Assembly: GCA_016872595.1 (NCBI GenBank)
Contig: VGZJ01000001.1
Coordinates: forward strand, 5,117 to 69,116
Reading direction: 5' to 3'
Length of the DNA stretch: 64,000 nucleotides
Origin: Planctomycetota bacterium
GTDB lineage: Bacteria; Planctomycetota; Planctomycetia; Gemmatales; Gemmataceae
The notes under the pieces were generated by a model, which worked only from the letters and a program-made list of their open reading frames with translations, was not told the origin of the DNA and searched no databases. Positions 1-7,301 of this stretch are shown in pieces. The translations under genes were made by a program, and so were the position numbers. Each line of letters begins with the position of its first letter. Position 1 is the first letter of the stretch.

Positions 1-182
1 GGCCGGAGACGCTCGGCTTCCTGCTGCTCGCGTGTACCGACGAACTGCCCGCGCCGCTGGTTCTGCGGAGCCGCCACGCCGACAAGCACGTCTGGCGGTT
101 CCTGCTCGAGTCGAGCGCGAAGTACCCGTTCGACCCCGGCGCGGTAGTTCGCAAGTGGGTTCCGGTGCTGGCCGGTAAGTAG
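1..182 (+). CDS. 3' end of a hypothetical protein (partial, runs off the window start)
   Basis: Open frame from the window edge (codons in phase with nt 3) with strong G/C third-position bias. It ends ...YPFDPGAVVRKWVPVLAGK at TAG 180-182. No family recognised. Confidence 0.5.
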   Translation, partial: PETLGFLLLACTDELPAPLVLRSRHADKHVWRFLLESSAKYPFDPGAVVRKWVPVLAGK

Positions 183-293
183 TAGTCACGCTCCTGTGCC
201 GTCGCTGAACATCACGAGAGCGAATACAAGAACCGCCGAGCGCCAACCCGCCGCGTAGCAGCGGCCCACGGCGTGTGCCTACTACTCTCAAAG

Positions 294-337
294 GGCGCGG
301 TGGCGCGCAAGTGGGTTCCGGTGCCGGTCGGGAAGTG
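294..337 (+). repeat. Degenerate second copy of the last ~45 nt of the upstream partial gene
   Basis: GGCGCGGT..CGCAAGTGGGTTCCGGTGC..AAGTGA (294-337) matches 138-182, with a 19-nt identical core at 150-168 vs 306-324. It would encode ..GAVARKWVPVPVGK* versus ..GAVVRKWVPVLAGK*. Confidence 0.7.
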
Positions 338-405
338 ACGCGCGGCGCGCGCGGCGATACAATCACCGGGCCTATTCGCACACCCGCCGCACGAGAGCCG
401 TTCCG

Positions 406-1878
406 ATGCCGTCCGATTCGATCGCCGGGTTCCTCGACCGCGCGCAGGCCAGCCGCGTGCTGTTCCCCGAACAGGTGGAACAGCTCATCCGGCAGCCGGA
501 CATTCCGCAGTCGGACCTCGCCTCGCTCTGTTCGTACCTCCAGTCGCGCGGCGTCGTGACACAGTTCCAAGCGGCCGCGATCCGCGACGGGCGCGGGCAC
601 GACCTGAACTTCGCCGGGTACCCGATCATCGACGCCATCGGCCCGTTCCCCGGCGGCACGGCGTACCGCGCGCTGCACCCCGCGCTGCGCACACCGCTGG
701 TACTGCGCCGGTACGATCCGAGCGCCTTCGCCCCGGCCGACAGCGCCGCCGCGGTCGGGCACCGGGCGCGCACGTTCGGCACGATCCAGCACCCGAACTT
801 GCTCACCCTGCTGGACGCGGGCGAGCTACAGGGCGAAGCCTACGCGGTACACGAGCAGCCGACCGACGCGGCCGACCTCGGCGCGCTGCTGAAGGAAGTG
901 GGCGGGGCGATGCCGGCGTTCCTCGCGGCCGAGTACGGCTGGGCGGTCGCGTCGGCCCTGCGCGCGGTCCACGAGCGCGGCGGGTGGCACGGCGACGTGT
1001 GCCCCGAGCGCCTGCTGGTCGGCCCGGTGCTGACCAAGACGAAAGCGGACGGCACCACGAAGCGCCGGCCCGCGCCGAACGCGACCGTGAAGCTGACCGA
1101 CACCGGGTTGATCCCGCTGCGCCCGCCCGCGAGCGCCGCGCCGCCCGCGCGCGACGCGCTCGCGTACGTTCCGCCGGAGCGCGTGGACGGCACCGCGACC
1201 GACGCTCGGGGCGACATCTACGGCCTCGGCGCGGTGCTGTACACGCTGCTCGCCGGGCGCGCGCCGTTCGCCGGGGCGAGCGCCGACGAGGTGCTGAACA
1301 AGGTGCGCACGACGGAGCCGCCCGCGCTCGCGGTCCTGCGCCCGACCGAGCCGCCGGAGCTGACGGCGCTCGTTGCGCGGCTGCTGGCGAAGCGCCCCGA
1401 AGACCGGCCGCAGACCGCGGCCGAGGTGTGCGCCGCACTCGCGCCGCTGTGCCGCCCCGGTACGGTCCCGCTGGCCGCGGCCCCGACCGTTGTGCCGACC
1501 GCGCTCCCGGTCTCGTCGATGCCGCACGCGGTCCCGGTGGCGCACGCCCTGCCGAACGCGACCGCGGCCGAGGAGCTTCCGCCCGAAGCGCCCGAAGAGT
1601 GGGGCGTCGAGCCGAACGCCTTCGCCGCGGCGCAAGACGCTTCGACCGCGGACAAGAAGCAGGTCCGCCGCCGCGGGATGACCGACGCGGAAAAGGCCCG
1701 CTCGCGCATGTGGATGATCGTCGGGCTGTGCCTGCACCTCACCGCGGTCGGCCTCATCATCGCGTGGGCGATGGGCGCGTTCTCGTCGTCCCCACCGCCG
1801 AAGGACGAGCCGGACACGAGGAAGCCGGACCCAACGCAAAAGAAAAAGGGCAAGAAGCAACCCAACCCGGATTCGTAA
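406..1878 (+). CDS. Ser/Thr kinase-like protein with degenerate catalytic motifs (probable pseudokinase) and a C-terminal membrane anchor
   Basis: Kinase-fold layout but LVLRRY in place of VAIK, WHGDVCPERL in place of HRDLKPEN, DTG in place of DFG, PPE in place of APE. TM helix MWMIVGLCLHLTAVGLIIAWAMGAF near the C-terminus. Good GC3 bias. Confidence 0.8.
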   Translation: MPSDSIAGFLDRAQASRVLFPEQVEQLIRQPDIPQSDLASLCSYLQSRGVVTQFQAAAIRDGRGHDLNFAGYPIIDAIGPFPGGTAYRALHPALRTPLVLRRYDPSAFAPADSAAAVGHRARTFGTIQHPNLLTLLDAGELQGEAYAVHEQPTDAADLGALLKEVGGAMPAFLAAEYGWAVASALRAVHERGGWHGDVCPERLLVGPVLTKTKADGTTKRRPAPNATVKLTDTGLIPLRPPASAAPPARDALAYVPPERVDGTATDARGDIYGLGAVLYTLLAGRAPFAGASADEVLNKVRTTEPPALAVLRPTEPPELTALVARLLAKRPEDRPQTAAEVCAALAPLCRPGTVPLAAAPTVVPTALPVSSMPHAVPVAHALPNATAAEELPPEAPEEWGVEPNAFAAAQDASTADKKQVRRRGMTDAEKARSRMWMIVGLCLHLTAVGLIIAWAMGAFSSSPPPKDEPDTRKPDPTQKKKGKKQPNPDS

Positions 1879-1890
1879 TCGACTGGCGCA

Positions 1891-2712
1891 ATGATTCCGT
1901 GCATCTCACAGTCAACGACGCTACCCGGCTCGTTCGCGGACGACGCCGCGGACTTTCCGGCCGGCGGGTGCCGCGCGCTCGAGGTCTGGCTCACCAAGCT
2001 CGAAAAGCACCTGCGCGACGTGTCTGCTGAGGACACCCGCAAGGCGCTCGCCGACCGCGACGTTCGGCTCGTGGCCGCCGCGTATCAGGGCGGGTTGCTG
2101 CTCTCGCAGGGCGACGCCCGCAAGACCCACTTCGACCACTACAAGCGCCGCCTCGACCTGTGCCAACAGTTCGCCATCCCCACGTTGGTGCTCGTCGCCG
2201 ACTTCGCGCAGTCACCGACCGCGGACGATCTGGGGCGGGCCGTGGTGTCGCTCGCGCAAGCCGGGCAGTGGGCCGCGGGGTTCGGCGTGCGGTTGGCGCT
2301 TGAGTTCCGCGGCACCGACGCCTTTTGCTCGTCGCTCGATACCGCGCTCGCACTCGTCGAGCAGTGCCGCGAGCCGAACGTCGGCGTGTGCCTCGATGTG
2401 TTCCACTTCTACAAGGGACCGAGCAAGGGCGAAGACCTCGAGCGCCTCAGCTCCGCGAACCTGTTTCACGTTCAGGTGTGCGACGTGGCCGGCGTGCCGC
2501 GCGAGCTGATGACCGACTCGGACCGCGTCATGCCCGGCGACGGCGACTTCCGCCTCTACGCGCTGGTCGCGCGCCTGAAGACCATCGGCTACACCGGCGG
2601 CGTCGCGCTGGAACTGTTCAACCCGGTGCTGTGGCAACTGAAGGCCACGCAGGTCGTGGAACTGGGAATGAGCGCGCTCGAACGCTTGCTCACCTCACAA
2701 CAGGCGCGGTAG
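1891..2712 (+). CDS. sugar phosphate isomerase/epimerase family protein (xylose isomerase-like TIM barrel)
   Basis: 273-aa ORF with typical family features (..LEFRG.., CLDVFHFY, GDGDF.., VALELFNP). Coding GC3 bias. Confidence 0.75.
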   Translation: MIPCISQSTTLPGSFADDAADFPAGGCRALEVWLTKLEKHLRDVSAEDTRKALADRDVRLVAAAYQGGLLLSQGDARKTHFDHYKRRLDLCQQFAIPTLVLVADFAQSPTADDLGRAVVSLAQAGQWAAGFGVRLALEFRGTDAFCSSLDTALALVEQCREPNVGVCLDVFHFYKGPSKGEDLERLSSANLFHVQVCDVAGVPRELMTDSDRVMPGDGDFRLYALVARLKTIGYTGGVALELFNPVLWQLKATQVVELGMSALERLLTSQQAR

Positions 2713-2822
2713 CCGCGAGCCGCAGGCGCACGCGGAGTCCGTACGCGCCCGCGGCGATCACGCCTGTTAACTTTCCGCGCCGCGCTCCGGTGTACCTTAC
2801 GGGGGCACACCGGAGGTTCGCC

Positions 2823-3305
2823 ATGCGTGCCAAGTTGCTCGAACAGTTCCTGTACTGAGTCCACGGGCTGTCGGCGGCGGCGTGGTTCGGGGCGATCTTC
2901 TACCGGGCCGCGGTCATCGACCGCAAGGCGTTCACGTTCTTCGCGCGCCCCGCCGACTACGAGCACTTCAGCACGCACCTCGCGCACAACATGCGGTACT
3001 TCGTCACGGCCGGGCTGCTCGTGTGCGGGCTGTCGGGGTTCGCACTGGTCGGGCTGAAGTGGGACGGGGCGAGCGCCGCGTGGCTCGCGCTCACGGGCGC
3101 GAAGGCCGGGGCGTGGCTCGCGGCGTGCGGGCTGTTCACCTACGTGTCGTGGGTCCACTGGCCGTGGCGGGCGTGCGCGGCCCCGGCCGAGTCGGCGTAC
3201 TACCGGCGGCAGGGTCAGCGCCTCGCCTACGCGATGGTCGCGCTCGCCGGCACCGGGTTCGCGCTCGGGCAGGCGGCGCGCGCCCTGCCACTGCTGAGCG
3301 CGTAG
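2823..3305 (+). CDS. 4-TM HemJ/CopD-like membrane protein; frame interrupted by an in-frame TGA at 2856-2858
   Basis: ATG 2823 preceded by GGAGG (2812-2816) gives MRAKLLEQFLY, then TGA. The same frame continues VHGLSAAAWFGAIFYRAAV... with uniform G/C-ending codons through to TAG 3303-3305. The only ATG/GTG/TTG after the TGA is ATG 2991, far inside the coding-looking stretch. The H-x6-WF-x3-FY motif in TM1 recalls HemJ. Confidence 0.55.
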
Positions 3306-3372
3306 CGCGGATGGCGCTTGTGTTCGCGCGCGGTGCGGGATACTGTCGGCGCGTCACCAACGAGGACCGCCC

Positions 3373-3777
3373 GTGACCCGACCCGACCCACCGCCGAACG
3401 CGCGCTGCCCGTACTGCGATCACGTCTTTGTCGCGAACGAAATCGCCGACGGCTGGTGCGAGCCGTGCGGCCGGCGCATCCCCGAAGTGGTGCTGAAAGA
3501 GGTCCGTCCGCGCCCGCAGTTCGCCCCGCCGCCCCCGCCCCCGGAGCCGACGCGCGCCGAGCGCGCCGAGGCCCGCCGCGCCGACACCACGCGCGCGATC
3601 GGGTTCGTCGTCATGCTGATCGGGCTGCTGGTGTGCGCCGGTGCGGTGGCGTGGATCGCGTACTGCCGGTTCCAGCGCGCCGACGCCGGGCGCGGGTTCA
3701 CGTGGATCGCCGGGGCCGGCGGGGGCCTGTTCCTGTTCGGACTGGCCCTCCTCATCGACGGCCGCGTGAGTGACTAG
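3373..3777 (+). CDS. zinc-ribbon protein with two C-terminal TM helices (hypothetical)
   Basis: GTG start 6 nt after GAGGA. CPYC..x14..CEPC motif, a Pro-rich linker, then two hydrophobic helices. Confidence 0.65.
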   Translation: MTRPDPPPNARCPYCDHVFVANEIADGWCEPCGRRIPEVVLKEVRPRPQFAPPPPPPEPTRAERAEARRADTTRAIGFVVMLIGLLVCAGAVAWIAYCRFQRADAGRGFTWIAGAGGGLFLFGLALLIDGRVSD

Positions 3778-3797
3778 CGCCCGCCCGGCGCGCGGGG

Positions 3798-5093
3798 TCA
3801 ACCGATCACCGCGAGGCTCTCGCTCGCGGCACCGATCGTCTGTTCGATGTGTGCGTCGGTCATCGCGGCGCAGGTGAACGCGGCCTCGAACTGGCTGCAC
3901 GGCAGGTACACGCCGCGGTCCATCATCGCCCAGAAGAACCGGGCGAACCGGGCCGTGTCGCTGGTCTTCGCGGTGTCGAGGTCGGTCACGTCGGTGCCCG
4001 TAAAGAACAGCGTCCACATGCTGCCGACGCGGTTGAACCGCGCGGGCACGTTCGCAGTGCGCGCGGCTTCGAGCAGGCCCGCGCCGATGCGCGCGCTTTG
4101 CGCGTCGAGGCGCGCGTACGGCGGGTTGTCGCGCAGTTCGGTGAGGGTGGCGATGCCCGCGGCCATCGCGACCGGGTTGCCGCTCAGGGTGCCGGCCTGA
4201 AACACCGGGCCCGCGGGCATGACCTTGCCCATGACGTCGGCGCGCCCGCCGTACGCGCCGACCGGATAGCCGCCGCCGATGATCTTGCCGTAGCACGACA
4301 GGTCCGGGCTCTCGCCGAGCAGCACCTGCGCGCCGCCGTAGCCGAGCCGGAACCCGGTCATCACCTCGTCGTAGATGAGCAGCGCGCCGTGCTTCTGGGT
4401 CAGGCGGCGCAGTTCGCGCCGGAACTCGTCGGACGGGGGCACGAGGCCCATGTTGCCGACGATCGGTTCGAGGATCACGCCGGCGATCCGGTCGCCCTTC
4501 GCCGCGAACAGCTCCGCGAGCGCCGCGGTGTCGTTGAACCGCAGCACCGTCGTGTCGTTGGTGCACCCGGCGGGAACGCCGGGGCTGTTGGGCACGCCGA
4601 GCGTCAGCGCGCTGCTGCCGGCGGAGACGAGCAGCGAGTCGACGTGGCCGTGGTAGCACCCGGCGAACTTGACGATCCGGTCGCGCCCGGTGAACCCGCG
4701 CGCGAGGCGGATCGCGCTCATCGTCGCCTCGGTGCCACTCGACACGAACCGCACCATTTCGACGCTCGGCACCGCGGCGATCACCAGTTCGGCGAGTTGG
4801 GTTTCGAGTTCGCACGGCGCGCCGTAACTGGACCCGTTCATCAGCGCGGCAACGGCCGCGTCCACCACCTTGGGGTGACAGTGACCGAGGATCATCGGCC
4901 CCCACGAGCCGATGAAGTCGAGGTACTCGTGGCCGTCGAGGTCGTAGAGGCGCGGGCCGTGGGCGCGGGCGATGAACAGCGGGCTGCCGCCGACGCCGCC
5001 GAACGCGCGGGCCGGGCTGTTGACGCCGCCGGGGATGGCGCGCTTCGCGCGCTCGAAGGCGAGTGCGCTCTTGGTGCGATCAGGCGTTTGCAT
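3798..5093 (-). CDS. hemL: glutamate-1-semialdehyde 2,1-aminomutase
   Basis: MQTPDRTKSALAFERAKRAIPGGVNSPARAF..GSWGP..; full-length class-III aminotransferase typical of HemL. The start was moved to ATG 5093; the longer ORF-track extension is Arg-rich noise. Confidence 0.95.
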   Translation of the reverse strand: MQTPDRTKSALAFERAKRAIPGGVNSPARAFGGVGGSPLFIARAHGPRLYDLDGHEYLDFIGSWGPMILGHCHPKVVDAAVAALMNGSSYGAPCELETQLAELVIAAVPSVEMVRFVSSGTEATMSAIRLARGFTGRDRIVKFAGCYHGHVDSLLVSAGSSALTLGVPNSPGVPAGCTNDTTVLRFNDTAALAELFAAKGDRIAGVILEPIVGNMGLVPPSDEFRRELRRLTQKHGALLIYDEVMTGFRLGYGGAQVLLGESPDLSCYGKIIGGGYPVGAYGGRADVMGKVMPAGPVFQAGTLSGNPVAMAAGIATLTELRDNPPYARLDAQSARIGAGLLEAARTANVPARFNRVGSMWTLFFTGTDVTDLDTAKTSDTARFARFFWAMMDRGVYLPCSQFEAAFTCAAMTDAHIEQTIGAASESLAVIG

Positions 5094-5117
5094 GGAGAAC
5101 TTTGGTGGGTGGTTCGG

Positions 5118-5159
5118 GCCGCTTGCGGCTTCGCGAGCGCTCGCGAAGCCGCAAGCGGC
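5118..5159. terminator. 42-bp perfect palindrome (21-bp stem) between the kinase gene and hemL
   Basis: GCCGCTTGCGGCTTCGCGAGC|GCTCGCGAAGCCGCAAGCGGC. It lies 12 nt downstream of the kinase stop (5171) and 25 nt upstream of the hemL start. Confidence 0.6.
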
Positions 5160-5170
5160 TGAGGGCGCGC

Positions 5171-7126
5171 TCACTTCGCGACGAGCGCGGCGATCTTCTG
5201 CGCGCGCGCCACTTGCTCTTTGACGCGCGGCTCGGGGTCGTCGTCGTACAGCTCGGTCACGTCGCGACAGCGGTTCCGCACGTCGCGGCGCGCGGCCCCG
5301 AGGTCGGTGTCCTTCACCTTGTCGGCCAGCGCCTGAGTCTCGTCGAGCCACGTTTTCAAGCGGTCCACGCGCGCGACGAGGGGGTCGTTGGCCGGGCGCG
5401 TGAGGTTCAACTTGATCTGCCCGGCGAGGAGGAACCACGCGCGCTTGTCGGCGTCCTTCTCGGTCAGCGCGACCAGCGCGTCGCACGCGCGCGACGCGCG
5501 GTCGTGGTCGCCGAACTCGCGGAGCCGCAGGATGCGGACCGCCAGCGCTTCGGGGTTGGTGGGGTCTCCCTTCACCGGCTGGTCGTTGATCTTAAGGGTC
5601 TCGATCTTGGCCGGGAGCTTGCTCAGCTCGGCGCTGGCCGCGGCGATGTCGGCGAGGCGCTTGTCGGCGAGCCAGCCCCAGCGCGCCTTCGCCAGTTGGT
5701 CCTCCTTGGTGGTGAACGGCAGTTTGCCCTCGTCGGGGAACCGGCCCTTCACCTTCGTCCACAAGATTTTCGCCTGCTCGATGTTGCCGTCGCGCTCGGC
5801 GGTGATCGCGCCCCACGCCGCGCCGTAGGCCTCGGGGTCGTCGTGGTCGGTGGGCTTTTCGAGCTTACTGGCGAAGCGCGTCGCAAGCTGCCGCTCGCGG
5901 TTCTTCACGGTCAGGTCGCGGAACACGGCCGCGGCCTTCTCGACGGTCTCGCCGCCGCTCGCGCCGTGGGCGTCGAGGAACTTGGTCGCGGCTTCGAGCT
6001 TCGCCTCCGGGGTCTCTGCCTTTTCAATCGCCGCGTACATCTTCTCCGGCGAGGGCGACTTGACCGCGAGGTACACGCCGAAGGCCATCGCCGCCAGCAC
6101 CCCAACGATGCCGACCGCGTGGACCCACTTCCGTTGCAAGAACGGCACCTGCTCGGCTTTCTTCTTTTTCTTCTTCTTGCCGCGGAGCGCGCGGGCCGCT
6201 TCTTTGTCGGTCGCGTCCATGCGCGCGCCGTCTTGGTTGGTCTTCTTGAGCGTGCGGGCCTCGGCCTTCATCAGCCCGGCGCTCTTGCGCGCGAACTGGT
6301 CCTCCTCCACCTCGGCCAGCATCCGGGCCACCCACGCCGCGTCGATGGGCCGGCTCTCCTTGTCCTTTTCGAGCAACTGGAGGATCAGCGACTCGAACTT
6401 CGGGGGCAGGTCGGCGACCAACTTGCCGATCCGCGGGGCCTTCTCGTTCACGTGCTTCAAGAACATCTCGACGGTCGTTTCGGCGGTAAACGGCTTGCGC
6501 CCGGTCAGCAGTTCGAAGAACACGATGCCGAGCGAGTACAGGTCGGACTTGTTCGACAGGTTGCGGTCGCCCTTGCACTGTTCGGGCGACATGTACGCGG
6601 CCGTGCCGATTGTACTGTTCGCACCGGTCAGCGCGGTCACGTCGGTGTCCTTCGCGATGCCGAAGTCCGTCAGTTTCAGAACGCCGTCCCTCGTAATCAT
6701 CAGGTTGGAGGGCTTCAGGTCGCGGTGGATGATGCCCTTGTCGTGGGCGTACTGGAGCGCCTCCGCGAGTTGTTTGCCGTAGGACAGTACCTCTTCCCAG
6801 CCGAGTTTGCCGCGGCGCGCGAGGATCCGGTCGAGGGCCTCGCCGTCGATGTACTCCATCGCAATGTACGGGTTGGCCTTGTTGATCTTGCCGTGCGCGA
6901 TGAGGCGGACGATGTGCGGGTGCTTGAGCTGCTTGAGGATGTTGGCCTCGCGCTCGAACCGGGCCATCGCCCCCTCGTTACCGAGCAACCCGAGGGCGAC
7001 GACCTTCAGCGCGATGGAAATCACCTTGTCGTCGCGCTGGAACTTGGCCCGGTACACGGTGCCCATCGCCCCGCTGCCGAGTTCCTTCTCGATCAGAAAC
7101 GGGCCGATCTGCTGCCCCACCAGCAT
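5171..7126 (-). CDS. Ser/Thr protein kinase with a poly-Lys tract, TM helix and C-terminal helical (TPR-like) domain
   Basis: Canonical motifs GSGAMGTVY, IALKVV, HRDLKPSN, DFG, SPE. KKKKKKK followed by the TM helix WVHAVGIVGVLAAMAFGVYLAV. Start set at MLVGQQIGPF (ATG 7126). Confidence 0.9.
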   Translation of the reverse strand: MLVGQQIGPFLIEKELGSGAMGTVYRAKFQRDDKVISIALKVVALGLLGNEGAMARFEREANILKQLKHPHIVRLIAHGKINKANPYIAMEYIDGEALDRILARRGKLGWEEVLSYGKQLAEALQYAHDKGIIHRDLKPSNLMITRDGVLKLTDFGIAKDTDVTALTGANSTIGTAAYMSPEQCKGDRNLSNKSDLYSLGIVFFELLTGRKPFTAETTVEMFLKHVNEKAPRIGKLVADLPPKFESLILQLLEKDKESRPIDAAWVARMLAEVEEDQFARKSAGLMKAEARTLKKTNQDGARMDATDKEAARALRGKKKKKKKAEQVPFLQRKWVHAVGIVGVLAAMAFGVYLAVKSPSPEKMYAAIEKAETPEAKLEAATKFLDAHGASGGETVEKAAAVFRDLTVKNRERQLATRFASKLEKPTDHDDPEAYGAAWGAITAERDGNIEQAKILWTKVKGRFPDEGKLPFTTKEDQLAKARWGWLADKRLADIAAASAELSKLPAKIETLKINDQPVKGDPTNPEALAVRILRLREFGDHDRASRACDALVALTEKDADKRAWFLLAGQIKLNLTRPANDPLVARVDRLKTWLDETQALADKVKDTDLGAARRDVRNRCRDVTELYDDDPEPRVKEQVARAQKIAALVAK

Positions 7127-7301
7127 GGCACCAACCCCCCGCGAGCGCGTGCGACAGCGGTCATTGTAGGGCAACCGGCCCGCGAAGCGAAGAACGTAAC
7201 GCCTCCCGGTTCCACGCAATCCGCCTGTGCCGTTGGGCCGTCTTGAGGGTATAATCCTGTCGAGTCCCCGGTGGCCCGCGCGCCGGCTCGGAGGTCGATA
7301 C

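Noticed and set aside
2856-2900. Selenocysteine insertion at the in-frame TGA
   Set aside because: The only downstream stem I could find is a weak 5-bp CCACG/CGTGG pairing with a 15-nt loop, which does not look like a bacterial SECIS. No selenoprotein family has Sec at this position to my knowledge. It is kept only as one of several possibilities in the finding.
5094-5486. N-terminal extensions of track ORFs (hemL to 5486, kinase to 7387, lipid kinase from 19979, ArsR to 22320, gltB from 40574, heme protein from 47094, DksA-like from 38126, etc.)
   Set aside because: The extensions are Arg-rich and lack coding bias. Homology-consistent internal ATG/GTG codons, often with GGAG-type sites upstream, give proteins of normal family length.
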